Part shown: positions 1-10,434 of the stretch, in pieces | How positions within the stretch are numbered: position 1 is the stretch's first letter | Layout of the letters: every line of letters starts with the position of its first letter | Position numbers and translations under genes: made by a program | Notes under the pieces: generated by a model | The model's input: only the letters and a program-made list of their open reading frames with translations | Told to the model about the DNA's origin: nothing | The model's database searches: none | Source of the DNA: Nitrosopumilus sp. | Lineage (GTDB): Archaea; Thermoproteota; Nitrososphaeria; Nitrososphaerales; Nitrosopumilaceae | Reading direction: 5' to 3' | Assembly (NCBI GenBank): GCA_965205425.1 | Contig: CBDBGZ010000009.1 | Location: 608,001-672,000 of the forward strand | Length of the DNA: 64,000 bases

Positions 1-112
1 TTCCTGCACTTTCTATGGCTGAAACTGATGCTTGTGTAGTAATATCTGCAATACTTTCACTTAATTTTCCATATTTGGTGCTACCAGCGCCAAGAACACA
101 AACCTTTTCCAC
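1..112 (-). CDS. Thiolase-family protein (acetyl-CoA acetyltransferase-like), 5' part only; runs off the window
   Basis: Hand translation from GTG at 112 (alternative GTG at 121): VEKVCVLGAGSTKYGKLSESIADITTQASVSAIESAG, a typical archaeal thiolase N-terminus. Confidence 0.7.
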   Translation of the reverse strand, partial: MEKVCVLGAGSTKYGKLSESIADITTQASVSAIESAG

Positions 113-168
113 AAATGTCACTGACCTATTTCCCTATAAAAATCGTTTTAGTAAATTCATCATAGAAA

Positions 169-636
169 ATGCCAAGAAGAAAATCAAGTCTCAAAACTGT
201 TCAGATCAAAAAGCCTACAATAAGACATGTAGTCAAAACTACAAAGTCAAAAACAAACATCTTCAAAAAAGAAATTATTCAATATTTTGATAGTAATGGA
301 TTTCTGTCTTGGTCTGCAAAAGAGAAAAAATACATAATTCTTGGAACAAATTCTCCTAAAAATGGTCTAGTTCCATGTCCTGAATGTAAACTCGGAGAGT
401 TGATGGTAATCAGAAATAAAGCTACAAGAAAACGATTCATGGGTTGTTCAAATTATTATGGTGGATGTAAAGCATCATCACCATTATTACAAAGAGCAAG
501 AATGCGAGCAACAAAGACGCCTTGTGATATATGTAAATGGCCAATGATAATTTTTAGATATACACGAAATCAAAAATGGACAAAACAATGTGGAAATTTT
601 AATTGTGATAGTAGAAAAACTAAGCCTTCAAAGTAG
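169..636 (+). CDS. Stand-alone topoisomerase IA C4 zinc-ribbon domain protein
   Basis: CPEC...FMGCSNY..C and CDIC...CGNFNC motifs typical of TopA C-terminal Zn ribbons; no TOPRIM core. Confidence 0.75.
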   Translation: MPRRKSSLKTVQIKKPTIRHVVKTTKSKTNIFKKEIIQYFDSNGFLSWSAKEKKYIILGTNSPKNGLVPCPECKLGELMVIRNKATRKRFMGCSNYYGGCKASSPLLQRARMRATKTPCDICKWPMIIFRYTRNQKWTKQCGNFNCDSRKTKPSK

Positions 637-1426
637 GATAAACATCAGTTCGTCTGTTTTTAAGTAATGGTAAAATTTTTCTTGTTTGTTTTACTTTGTT
701 CAAATCAATATCTATAAAACTAATTCCTTGTTTCTTTTTCATATCAAGTAAAATTTTTCCATATGGATCAACTACTAAACTTCTTCCACAATAAATATTT
801 CCAATTTGATCTGGTGCTATAACATAACATCCATTTTCAATTGCACGTGTTTTGTTAATGGTAATCCAATGCTCCTCTTTCATATTTCCTTTAACCCATG
901 CTGATGGTGCTACTAATACTTCAGAGCCTGCAGCTGCAAGTGATCTTGACATTTCTGGAAATCTTAAATCATAACAGATCATCATGCCAATTTTTCCAAT
1001 TGATGTTTTGATTGGTTTTGAAATTTTTGAGCCTGATTTCATTTTGTCAGATTCTTTAAATCCTAATGCATCATAGAGATGTATTTTACGATAAGTAGAG
1101 ATTACCTTGCCATATTTATCAATCACAAATGCAGTATCATAAACTCGATCTTTTGTTCTACTCTTCTCATAAAATGAACCTACAACTTGAATTTTATTTT
1201 TTTTTGCAGTTTTTGCAATAGTAGTAACAAAATTTCCATTAATTGTTTCAGATAAACTTGCTAATTGTTTTGATGTTTGAGATGAATTTGTATAAAACAT
1301 CATGAATTCTGGAAATGCACAAAATGTTGCATTCTTTGATGCAGCTTTTGAAATGTATGAAAGAATTTTCTTTAGATTAACTTCCTTGTTAGTTGAAGCT
1401 GTAAACTGAACTACTGCAACTTTCAT
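620..1426 (-). CDS. Carbon-nitrogen hydrolase (nitrilase superfamily, Nit1/omega-amidase-like)
   Basis: E-K-C triad motifs FPE, YRKIHL and ICYDLRFPE. Confidence 0.92.
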   Translation of the reverse strand: MKVAVVQFTASTNKEVNLKKILSYISKAASKNATFCAFPEFMMFYTNSSQTSKQLASLSETINGNFVTTIAKTAKKNKIQVVGSFYEKSRTKDRVYDTAFVIDKYGKVISTYRKIHLYDALGFKESDKMKSGSKISKPIKTSIGKIGMMICYDLRFPEMSRSLAAAGSEVLVAPSAWVKGNMKEEHWITINKTRAIENGCYVIAPDQIGNIYCGRSLVVDPYGKILLDMKKKQGISFIDIDLNKVKQTRKILPLLKNRRTDVYPTLKA

Positions 1427-1573
1427 GAATTTGATGAATCATATCACAATAAAAGGATAAATTTGTGGTACAACTCAGAAATGTACCATTTTCTTCTTAT
1501 GCAAATTCATCATATACAATACAAACCAATCATAGTGTGTATGTCGTCCCTTGGCTGGAGGGATATTTTCCAG

Positions 1574-2278
1574 TCAAATATTTTTAAAAATAATTAAAGA
1601 AATAGAAATCCTACTAACATGTCCGTTACCACGAAGTAGAGATAAGTTATTAGAAATACCGTTGAGAGTTAGAATATCTACTCCTGGAATGTCTGGAGAA
1701 ATTTTCTTATTTCCAAATAAAAGACCTTCAGGTTCTAGAATAATTGTATCAGAAGTGAAACGAACATCAATTGTTTGACTAAAAGATTCTTGAGTAGTAG
1801 AAATCCAACCAATTTCTTCAGTTTGAGTTACTATAGCGAAAAGATAAAGTTCATGAACTAAATAATTTCAAAAACTAGAAATCAGTTGATCTTACCTATA
1901 GGTAAATACGAATAAACAAATTGAAACACCTAAAAAATAACTCACGAACTTATGCTTCTTGCTATACAAAAGTAGCATCTACATGTGGAATTATAGTAGT
2001 AAATCTTAGGAACCCATCTAAATCAGAAATTTCAGGGGATGTGGAAATGATTTGAGAATTTAAACTATCATGTAAAACCCTACATTACCACTTTGGATTG
2101 TAACCCCTTTGTCAATCTCAACTGTTTCTAATCCATATACTACATAGTTCAAAATATCTGTAATATCAGATGTTTCAGCATAAGCTACAGGTATAGAATA
2201 AAATGAAACAGATAGAGGTCCAATTACTGCAGATGATAATAAAACTAGAATAAGAAAAGACGAAGATACGGTTTTCAT
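1574..2278 (-). pseudogene. Degraded secreted/surface protein gene with a frameshift near 2075 and a MITE insertion
   Basis: Signal peptide (MKTVSS...VAYA). A second frame, VLHDSLNSQ...HVDATFV|VTQTEEIGWIST...LFGNKK..., reads through once the 1832-1966 element is removed. Confidence 0.65.
1832..1966. mobile_element. MITE family A, copy 1 (135 bp including flanking TA; IS630/Tc1-mariner-like)
   Basis: Imperfect ~29-bp terminal inverted repeats TATAGCGAAAAGATAAAGTTCATGAACTA / TAACTCACGAACTTATGCTTCTTGCTATA, TA duplication, second copy at 4076-4210. Confidence 0.88.
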
Positions 2279-2416
2279 ATAAAGTATGAAAAATATTACT
2301 ATTTTAAAATGGATCTATGTAAGAAAAAATTCTTACAAATTAAAAATAAAATTGGTTTTGTACCGTAAAGTTTTGATCGTTGTGTATTATTCTACTAGTC
2401 ACAAATAACCAGACAT

Positions 2417-2593
2417 TTACAATTGCTTTCCTGCTAAAAACCAATTTTCTTTAGGATTGTCTTCAAAAACAACAATAACGTGACTTTCTTTTGTCTTTAG
2501 AATCTCTACTGCTGATTTTGTAATTGCTTTTGCATATTCATCTTTTTGTTCCTGTGTTCTACCAGGATACATTGATACAGTAATCAAAGGCAT
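2417..2593 (-). CDS. 4-oxalocrotonate tautomerase family protein (58 aa; not in ORF track)
   Basis: MPLITVSMYPGRTQEQKDEYAKAITKSAVEILKTKESHVIVVFEDNPKENWFLAGKQL: catalytic Pro1, GRT.EQK, and W..aG C-terminus. Confidence 0.9.
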   Translation of the reverse strand: MPLITVSMYPGRTQEQKDEYAKAITKSAVEILKTKESHVIVVFEDNPKENWFLAGKQL

Positions 2594-2626
2594 ATGAATT
2601 TCAAATAGATTCAGTGATTTATTCTT

Positions 2627-3397
2627 TCAATAATCTGGTCTATAGCCATATCTTGTACCATATGTAAAGTCAGAACTGTGCATTTTTTTGTAGATATATC
2701 CAGTTCCCAAACCAACTGCAAAGCCACCAATGTGTGCAAGATATGCTACACCACCACCTGCAACACCAAATCCTCCAATGAAGAAAGGCAATAGATTTTG
2801 AAAAACTAGCCAAAAGGGCAAGAACCATCGAGCTTGTATGTGCATCATTCTCCAAATGAATCCAAGCATCATGAAAGTTTGAACTCTTGCTCTTGGAAAA
2901 ATTATCAAATATGCACCCAGTACTCCAGAAATTGCACCAGAAGCTCCAACTGCAGGAATTGCACTGCTAGGATCTCCAAGTATGTGAATTAATCCCGCAG
3001 CTATTCCCCACATTAAATAAATTCCAAAAAATTTTACTTTGCCAAACTTTTGTTCAATGTTATCACCAAATATCCATAAGAACCAGATGTTTCCACCAAG
3101 ATGAAGTAAACCACCATGCATGAAAGTGGATGTCAGTAATGTAACTTCTGAAAATGCAGGACATTGTATTATTCCATTTACAGTTTCTATTCCACTATAT
3201 GTTCCAGTAACACAAGCCGGAACCGCTCCCCAATTGTAAAACATTACAAATGCTTTTTCATTTGAAAAGTCAAAAAATTGTCCCGTATATGCTACTTCCA
3301 TAAAAAATACTATAACATTTGTAATGATTAATGCAATTGTTACTTTGGGTTTGAATCCTGGAGGATGGGGATTCTCATCTCTTAAAGGAAACAACAA
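2627..3397 (-). CDS. Rhomboid family intramembrane serine protease
   Basis: FMHGG..HL.GN, GASGAISG and AHIGG motifs; multiple TM segments. Confidence 0.95.
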   Translation of the reverse strand: MLFPLRDENPHPPGFKPKVTIALIITNVIVFFMEVAYTGQFFDFSNEKAFVMFYNWGAVPACVTGTYSGIETVNGIIQCPAFSEVTLLTSTFMHGGLLHLGGNIWFLWIFGDNIEQKFGKVKFFGIYLMWGIAAGLIHILGDPSSAIPAVGASGAISGVLGAYLIIFPRARVQTFMMLGFIWRMMHIQARWFLPFWLVFQNLLPFFIGGFGVAGGGVAYLAHIGGFAVGLGTGYIYKKMHSSDFTYGTRYGYRPDY

Positions 3398-3648
3398 TAT
3401 TCAATGTCAACTAAGATCGTATAAATAAGATACTCAATTTTTGGAAAAAATAAGATGAGAAACATTACCAAAATGACTCTTTTGTTTCTCACCTAACTAT
3501 GGCCGTATAATGTACTATTGTATAATAGATAAAAACAAAATTGGTACATTGATAATTTGTACTGGTTGATAGAAAATCTCATTTTATGTTTGTGAAATCT
3601 ACCAGAAAAATTAATTTTTTAACATTATCTTTAGGAAATTAATTTAAT

Positions 3649-4232
3649 TTAGAAAAATTGATACTTTTTAATTAAATTATGAATCAAAGGATTATTTTTA
3701 ATGAAATATTTTTTTTTGGAATTTTTTATTTTTGATATTACCAGATCATTATTAATTAATTCAGAAAGATTTTAAGAAATTGTAGGTAAAGATTTTCCAA
3801 CTTTATTTACTATTTCATGAAATTTCATGTTATTATCAATTAATGAAAATATTATTTCTCGTGAAGTAGATTTTCTTAAAAACTTAATAATTTTTATTTC
3901 TTCTAAAGCTAATTTCTGGTGAAAAGAGTCTTGTTTTGTCCTTTTCTCTATTAATATTGATAATGCCAGAAGATTCTAATTTGTTAAGATAGTGTGTTAG
4001 TACCCCATTTTTTAATCCAGATATACAGACTATTTCAGAGAAATGTAATCCAGGATTTTTGTAAATTATATCAGTTATAGCGAGAAGCATATGTTCATGA
4101 ACTATTTTCAAGGTGTTTCAGATTGTTTATTCGTATTTACCTTAGGTAAAATCATCTAATCTCTAGTTTTTTGATGATTTTTAGTTCACGAACTTTATCT
4201 TTTCGCTATAATAATGATGATCTATCAGACAC
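3649..4232 (-). pseudogene. Double winged-HTH transcriptional regulator pseudogene (MITE insertion, frameshift, internal stop)
   Basis: Reconstructed as VSDRSSLL|TDIIYKNPGLHFSEIV...GLKNGVLTHYLNKLE...RLFSPEIS, frameshift near 3905, then LEEIKIIKFLRKSTSREIIFSL...GKSLPTIS*NLSEL...KKYQFF. Confidence 0.82.
4076..4210. mobile_element. MITE family A, copy 2 (inverted relative to copy 1)
   Basis: Reverse complement aligns end to end with 1832-1966 (about 85% identity by eye); TA duplication; excision restores the wHTH frame. Confidence 0.88.
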
Positions 4233-4305
4233 AATAAAAAAAATTAAAAAATTATAGAAAAGAAAACTGGTTCATTTGTAGAATGTATTGGTATGAAATG
4301 AAAAA

Positions 4306-5862
4306 TTAAATTTTCAATATTCCATTACTAATTAGATATCGAATTCCTTGTACAAATGCATCATCATCAATGGCACCATCTGCCCACCAACCTGCATTAT
4401 TTCTAATCCAAGATGGAATTTCTTTAGATGTTGAAGTTTCTTGTTGAGTTTGAGGAATGGAGATTATTTTGTTTTTAATCATATATTCAATTCCTTGAAT
4501 GAATGTATTATCATCAATTTGTTCAGCAGACCACCATAAAGCATTATTTCTAATCCAATCAGGTAATGAAATTTCTTCATTTGCAGTTATTCTATCAATT
4601 ACAATAGGAATTGTTGTCTTTGCAAGGTTGTTGTTATCCAAGTTTTTAAAATTCAAATTTACAATACCTGAAACATCTTCAAGAATAAAAAATTCTGCAA
4701 CATTGTGTTCATCTTTTGAATCGGTACTAACACCACTTTGTTCATAAAGTATTTTTTCACCTTGAGTCACTGAAAATTCATAATTTGTTGCTACGGGTTT
4801 ATTTTTTAAGAATATATCAGTTACATCAAAAAGAATTTTTCCATTTGAATTTGATTTTAAGTTTTCTGGTTCCCAAGAAACAAGAATTCTAAACTGCCCA
4901 TTTTCAGTTACAGAACTTAGATGAGGGTAATCTTGATTTGGTTTAATTACAAAATCCATTCCATTTTGATTTGAATTATTATCAAAAATATTTTGTAATT
5001 CTTTTTGATATATTATAAAATGAACAATTCTACCATCAGCAAAGAAATCATCAATGTTTACAATATCTTGAGATAATTCTACGCCGTTGACATACATTGT
5101 AAATCCAGATACTAGTAAATCACCAAATGTTTTTGGAATTACTAGTTCTTCATGAACAACTGATGTTTGATTGATGTTTGATTGAGTCCATTCAAAAGGC
5201 ATGAAATAGCTAATTTCTTTTGAATTTGAATCATAATTAAAATTTGAAATTTCATCATAGTATGTAATGACATGAATATTTTGTTCCCCAAAATTAAGAT
5301 CTGTAAAATCATGTCTAGATGTTTGAGCAATAGAAATACCAGCATTGAAAACTAGTGGAACATCTAATTTTTGTGAATATCCATCAGCAGTTAACACACT
5401 TACATCTAACTTGTATAGTCCACCTTCACTAAGTTTAGGTCCTTTAACATGCACCATTCTACTTTCTAATCCCAACAAAGAACCAAAGAGTCCTCCTCCA
5501 TTTTCTTCTTCTAAAATTATTGAATCATTTTCTTCAGATACAAAATTAAAAACTATGAATCCATTGTCTGCTTTAAATTCTTGCTCAAAAAGAAATTGTT
5601 CTCCACGCTCTGATTTAATTAAAAATGTGACATCTCGTAGTGTAATTTTTGAATTAAAATCAATTAATGATATAGAGATTTGTTGATCATCATTTGTTTC
5701 AGGATCACTTTTGGATGATGAAACTTCTAGCGTTACAAGTTTTCCATCAAGATCAACCGGAGGAAAAGTTTCACTACCTACACCATGACCATATACATTA
5801 TCAAATCCAATAGTAAATACAAATGAAAATATTAAAACCACAAGTAATGAGAAATTTTTCAA
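4306..5862 (-). CDS. Secreted thaumarchaeal surface protein (often labelled 'peptidase'), predicted mature His1, two C-terminal PxWIRNNAxWW repeats
   Basis: Likely TTG start at 5862 (LKNFSLLVV... signal peptide, NVYG|HGVG). The ORF-track extension to 5955 overlaps the upstream gene. Paralogue of 6104-7813 and 16196-17560. Confidence 0.8.
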   Translation of the reverse strand: MKNFSLLVVLIFSFVFTIGFDNVYGHGVGSETFPPVDLDGKLVTLEVSSSKSDPETNDDQQISISLIDFNSKITLRDVTFLIKSERGEQFLFEQEFKADNGFIVFNFVSEENDSIILEEENGGGLFGSLLGLESRMVHVKGPKLSEGGLYKLDVSVLTADGYSQKLDVPLVFNAGISIAQTSRHDFTDLNFGEQNIHVITYYDEISNFNYDSNSKEISYFMPFEWTQSNINQTSVVHEELVIPKTFGDLLVSGFTMYVNGVELSQDIVNIDDFFADGRIVHFIIYQKELQNIFDNNSNQNGMDFVIKPNQDYPHLSSVTENGQFRILVSWEPENLKSNSNGKILFDVTDIFLKNKPVATNYEFSVTQGEKILYEQSGVSTDSKDEHNVAEFFILEDVSGIVNLNFKNLDNNNLAKTTIPIVIDRITANEEISLPDWIRNNALWWSAEQIDDNTFIQGIEYMIKNKIISIPQTQQETSTSKEIPSWIRNNAGWWADGAIDDDAFVQGIRYLISNGILKI

Positions 5863-5863
5863 T

Positions 5864-6088
5864 CTAGGTCCACTTGTCTGGATTTTTCTTTCTAATTTCT
5901 TTTCCATCAACGGTAACTTGATCTTCTTCTTCAAAAACAGTATGCCACCTACCATTGTCTGGAAAAATTTTATTCATTTCTTCAAATTTATCATTTGTAG
6001 GTGCTTTGTTCATTAAAGCTCCCCATCTCATGTTACGGACTTTTGGCATTATATCGTTGATGTCTTTCATTATATTTTCACTAAACAA
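5864..6088 (-). CDS. Small hypothetical protein (probable start 6070, MKDINDIMPK)
   Basis: Fills the gap between two co-oriented genes; protein-like composition with conserved-looking Trp residues. Confidence 0.7.
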   Translation of the reverse strand: MFSENIMKDINDIMPKVRNMRWGALMNKAPTNDKFEEMNKIFPDNGRWHTVFEEEDQVTVDGKEIRKKNPDKWT

Positions 6089-6103
6089 ATTTAATTTAAA
6101 AAC

Positions 6104-7813
6104 TTATGATTGTACTCTCATTATTCCTTCTTTAATCAAGAATTGGATTCCTTGTATGAATGAATCATCATCAATTTGTCCTGCTGCCCACCACTCTGCA
6201 TTATTTTTAATCCAGGCTGGTATGTCGTTTGAGCCAGAACCAGTTCCTTGTGAAGTTGGAGGAATTTTTAGAACATCTTCTTTAATCAAATATTGAATAC
6301 CTTGCACAAATGAACCATCATCAATTTGTCCTGCTGCCCACCACTCTGCATTATTTTTAATCCAACTTGGGATTGGTGTTTTTTCTGGAACCGAAGGAGT
6401 TGAAGTTGAAAAACCTGGACCAATTTCAATAATTGCTGAACCAATTCCGGCATAGGTTGGATCATAATCAAATCCTGTTCCATAAACTAGAATATCAACA
6501 CGTATTTGTCCTGCAGATGGAACATGAATTTTTTGTACATCTAACCCTTCAATAGATACAATTCCAGGATTTAGAGAATCTATACCATCATTTCGAGCTA
6601 TTTCATTTTCATTCTCATCTAAAACAACATATGCATATCTTACATCTTTGATCAAGTCTCTATTATCATCAAAGAAAGTGAATTCAAAAGGAATTTCTTG
6701 ATTGGCACCATATTTTCCATCCCATGCTATATTGACTGTAGTTGGAACTTGTTCGTAATTTGCAGTATCTACAAGATAAAATTCAGTAGAACTTTTTGAT
6801 GCTTCATCTAATGGAACTAATTTCAAATCCATTTGCAAATTATCATGATTTGAAGGACCAAGAGTTTCATTAATTTTTTCTAATTCATTTTTAGTAATTA
6901 AGAAATGAATAATATTGTTATCTTCTGAGGAATATGGATCATTAAGTAATGCTCTTTGATCAATTTCAACACCGTTAACATATCCTTTGAACTGCTTTCC
7001 ATCAGCATAAGGTGCAAATGTTTTTGGGACTCTGACTTCTTCATGTACTACCTGTACTAATCTAACATAGTCAGGATCCCAATCAAATGGCATATCAAAT
7101 GAAATAGAATTATCTAATTTATCAAAAGCAAAGTTATCAACATCATCATAATATGTTTTAATTACAACTGGAATTTCTTCAGCATTTGCAGTTTGGAAAG
7201 AGAAATTTTGATCTTGTGCAACACTGACAAAAGTCTCATAACTTAGTAAATTAGCTAATACAGTTTTTGGACTAGTGGCAGCTTCAATGTCAACTATAAT
7301 TTTGTATAACCCACCTTTAACAAATATTGGACCAGTAATTGACGGTCTACCACAAATATCTAAATTTTCATCATTACAGGCTTCTCCATGTACAAATAAT
7401 GCACCTGGTGCACTAACATGTTCAGAACCACCATAAATTGAACACTCATGAAGATTAATCTCATCACATCCAAACTGTGGTTTGATTTTAACATCTAATC
7501 TTCCATCCATATCATAAAACAAATTTCTAGCTAAAAGTTCGCCACTTTGCCAAACTTCTACTCTGTATGTGACTTTGTCAAGATTCTCATCAGATTCGAT
7601 ATCAAAGAAACGTATTTGCATGTTAGCCGAATCAACATCTCCTACCGTAATATCAGATGGACTCAATTGAGTACTAACAGTGACTTCCATATCACCAAAT
7701 GATAATGGTTCAGCTTGATCTCCTCCAAATCCATGTCCAAATGCATCAGGTAAAATAGTGGCAATTGAGAAAATACCAATTATTGAAACGAATAATGTAA
7801 ACTTGTTATACAA
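6104..7813 (-). CDS. Secreted surface protein paralogue, predicted mature His1, two [12 protein letters not shown] repeats
   Basis: Signal peptide [10 protein letters not shown]; shared core TYYD...MPFDW...VVHEE...PKTF...VNGVE...IIH. Confidence 0.85.
   Translation of the reverse strand: MYNKFTLFVSIIGIFSIATILPDAFGHGFGGDQAEPLSFGDMEVTVSTQLSPSDITVGDVDSANMQIRFFDIESDENLDKVTYRVEVWQSGELLARNLFYDMDGRLDVKIKPQFGCDEINLHECSIYGGSEHVSAPGALFVHGEACNDENLDICGRPSITGPIFVKGGLYKIIVDIEAATSPKTVLANLLSYETFVSVAQDQNFSFQTANAEEIPVVIKTYYDDVDNFAFDKLDNSISFDMPFDWDPDYVRLVQVVHEEVRVPKTFAPYADGKQFKGYVNGVEIDQRALLNDPYSSEDNNIIHFLITKNELEKINETLGPSNHDNLQMDLKLVPLDEASKSSTEFYLVDTANYEQVPTTVNIAWDGKYGANQEIPFEFTFFDDNRDLIKDVRYAYVVLDENENEIARNDGIDSLNPGIVSIEGLDVQKIHVPSAGQIRVDILVYGTGFDYDPTYAGIGSAIIEIGPGFSTSTPSVPEKTPIPSWIKNNAEWWAAGQIDDGSFVQGIQYLIKEDVLKIPPTSQGTGSGSNDIPAWIKNNAEWWAAGQIDDDSFIQGIQFLIKEGIMRVQS
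6166..6364. repeat. 49-bp identical direct repeat (6166-6214 and 6316-6364) encoding [16 protein letters not shown]
   Basis: CATCATCAATTTGTCCTGCTGCCCACCACTCTGCATTATTTTTAATCCA occurs twice, 150 bp apart. Confidence 0.9.
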
Positions 7814-7928
7814 TACAAAAATTGTGTTAATTCCATATTTAAAGTTGGTACAGCATTCCTACCTATGAAAATTTTTTTCCTTTGGAAAATAGAGTACAAC
7901 TTTTATTTCCGATTTTCAAAGTCAAAAC

Positions 7929-8747
7929 ATGAAATTACTTCTTGCAGTATTATTAATTCCATTATTGATTATTCCTGCATTTGCTGAATCTCAAACTTTG
8001 CCTACAGAAAAAGGAACACTAGATGTAAAATTAACACATGATGAAATAGAACCAAATATTCAAACAAAAATCAACATTGATTTTCTAAATCCACAAACAC
8101 AAAAAGTTCAAGAGCATATTGACTATACAATTTCTGTTTCCAAAGATGGTGAAAAAGTCTTTGGACCAATTCCACTAACTCACACATCAGTTGGTTCTGT
8201 AAAAATTCCAATTGAATTCAATCTTGGTGACGGTATATACACAATGGACTTTGAAATTGAAGGAATTTTATTTCAACCAATTCCAACTGAAACAGTAACA
8301 TTTGATATTGCAGTAGGTGATGCTCATGCTCAACTAACTCCTAACAATGATGTTCCACCTGTTGAAGAGAATGGTGGATGTCTAATTGCAACTGCAGCAT
8401 ATGGTTCTGAAATGGCACCACAAGTTCAACAACTCAGAGAGCTTAGAGACAATACTGTATTATCAACAGAATCTGGAATTGCTTTCATGAGTGGATTTAA
8501 TCAACTCTATTATTCATTTTCTCCCGGTGTAGCTGATCTTGAAAGAAAAAGTCCGATTTTCAAAGAAATTGTTAAAGCTGGATTAACTCCAATGTTATCA
8601 TCATTATCTTTGCTTAATCATGTTGATATTGATTCAGAGCAAGAAATGTTAGGTTACGGAATATCCATAGTACTACTAAACATCGGAATGTATGCTGGAA
8701 TTCCTGTATTTGGAATTCTAAAATTGTACCAATTTAGAAAAAATTAG
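7929..8747 (+). CDS. Exported protein with CFI-box-CTERM domain (putative copper-binding)
   Basis: Signal peptide; QEHIDY...HT motif; GGCLIATAAYGSE..PQVQ.LRE.RD C-terminal domain followed by a TM helix. Confidence 0.85.
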   Translation: MKLLLAVLLIPLLIIPAFAESQTLPTEKGTLDVKLTHDEIEPNIQTKINIDFLNPQTQKVQEHIDYTISVSKDGEKVFGPIPLTHTSVGSVKIPIEFNLGDGIYTMDFEIEGILFQPIPTETVTFDIAVGDAHAQLTPNNDVPPVEENGGCLIATAAYGSEMAPQVQQLRELRDNTVLSTESGIAFMSGFNQLYYSFSPGVADLERKSPIFKEIVKAGLTPMLSSLSLLNHVDIDSEQEMLGYGISIVLLNIGMYAGIPVFGILKLYQFRKN

Positions 8748-8804
8748 TTCCGTTTCTGGAATTTCCAGTGAGGTTTTTATGTATCCAACCGAGTAATTTG
8801 TCTA

Positions 8805-9689
8805 ATGAAGACTAAAGCACTTAGATCTTTCTTCGTACTATTTGCTATCGCAGCTGGTATTGTCGCTATGACACCAGGTGCATATGCAGATCATTCAGAA
8901 GTCACAATTGAAGCTGCACAGGGTTCTGGCGCACCAGGTTGTGAAGAAACTCCAGAGGGATGTTACATCCCAGGTACTGCAACAGTAGATGTTGGTGGTG
9001 TTGTTATCTTTTCAAATCCAGATAGCGCAGCACACACTTTCACATCAGGAGATCCAACAATGCCTGAAACAGTTCAGGTTCTATTCGATTCCGGTCTAGC
9101 TATGGCTGGAAGCACATTCGAATGGTCTCCAACTGAAACAGGTGAGGTTCCGTATTTCTGTATGGTTCATCCTTGGATGCAAGGAATAATCATAGTACAA
9201 GAAGTAGGAGCTGTAGAAGATGATCACGGTGACGATCATGGTGACGACGAGGGCATGCATATGCCAGAAGGCGATGCAACTGCAACCGGTATGTTATCTG
9301 ATAGTACAATGGTTTCAATCTGGGCTTCAACACCAACTGCAGGTGAAATGATGGAAATTTCCATTGAGTTTGCTGATGCAGAACATGTTAATCATGACAT
9401 CATGGTAACACAAAACGGTGAAGAAGTTTTACACGATGAAGGTGCACACCATCACGATGGTACAGGTGTACATACAACAGCAGCACTTAGTTCTTCTGAT
9501 CCAGTAGACATCACTATTACCTTCCAAGGTTATGGTGTTGATGATCCTAAAACAGGACCAATTGGTGAAGAAGTTGTATTCACAAATGTTGTCCCAGAAT
9601 TTGGTACAATTGCAATGATGATACTAGCTGTTGCAATCATAAGCATCGTAGCAGTAACTGCAAAATCTAGAGTCGTTCCAAGATTTTAG
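8805..9689 (+). CDS. Plastocyanin-like blue (type 1) copper protein with PEFG-CTERM anchor
   Basis: N.D...HT and YFCMVHPWM type 1 Cu ligands; His/Asp-rich linker; VVPEFG followed by a TM helix. Confidence 0.92.
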   Translation: MKTKALRSFFVLFAIAAGIVAMTPGAYADHSEVTIEAAQGSGAPGCEETPEGCYIPGTATVDVGGVVIFSNPDSAAHTFTSGDPTMPETVQVLFDSGLAMAGSTFEWSPTETGEVPYFCMVHPWMQGIIIVQEVGAVEDDHGDDHGDDEGMHMPEGDATATGMLSDSTMVSIWASTPTAGEMMEISIEFADAEHVNHDIMVTQNGEEVLHDEGAHHHDGTGVHTTAALSSSDPVDITITFQGYGVDDPKTGPIGEEVVFTNVVPEFGTIAMMILAVAIISIVAVTAKSRVVPRF

Positions 9690-9703
9690 GAATTCCTCTT
9701 TTT

Positions 9704-10348
9704 CTATTTTCTTTTTATTAATGATACTATTGCCAATATGATAGCTGCAGCTGCAATTGACAATCCAAATATTGCATAGTCATAAGCAGCACCACCATTA
9801 GAAGTAACTTCTGTTTCTCCTGAATTTAGTTTAGAAACATCTTGTTGTAATGATGAAATTGCATTCTTTAATGCTGCAATATCAGTATCGCCACCACTAT
9901 TTGAAGGAGGAAAATCTAAGACTGCTGTAGGCTCAACATCTTCTACGGGAATTTTCACATATATAGGAACACCACGAATTTCGCCTTTGAATTCTACTAG
10001 ATAACTTCCAGTTTTAGTTGGAATGATTGGCGAGTAATAGTATCCAGGTCGTGGATCAGAATTAATATCAACTTTCTTGGTAGCACCACCATACATTACA
10101 GTAGCATCAGTACTTTTGAAAACACTAGTGACTCCATTACGAGTTCCTTCTGTTTCTCCTGCTTCAGTAATTTTGAATACAAGATCATTTCGTATTCCTA
10201 CTACAGGTGGTTCTATTCCCCATCCTGCTTCAATTTCATACGGTCCAACTTCAACAGTAGTATGTGCAAATGAGGGTACAATCATGCCTATTGAAAATAA
10301 TAATGCAATAAAGCCGAAAACTGCTATCTTCACGACCATCAATGACAA
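9704..10348 (-). CDS. Membrane-anchored exported protein, predicted mature His1
   Basis: Signal peptide PSFA|HTTVEVG; GW..EPP motif; short coiled coil and C-terminal TM helix. Confidence 0.8.
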   Translation of the reverse strand: MSLMVVKIAVFGFIALLFSIGMIVPSFAHTTVEVGPYEIEAGWGIEPPVVGIRNDLVFKITEAGETEGTRNGVTSVFKSTDATVMYGGATKKVDINSDPRPGYYYSPIIPTKTGSYLVEFKGEIRGVPIYVKIPVEDVEPTAVLDFPPSNSGGDTDIAALKNAISSLQQDVSKLNSGETEVTSNGGAAYDYAIFGLSIAAAAIILAIVSLIKRK

Positions 10349-10434
10349 TTCATCAGTTATTATCTTTATGTAAATTGGTACAAATTAAGAAAAAGGTAAA
10401 CTGTTTAAATTATCATAAGTGATCTTACCAACAA

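Noticed and set aside
1551..1778. 75-aa + strand ORF
   Set aside because: Antisense to the reconstructed minus-strand pseudogene frame.
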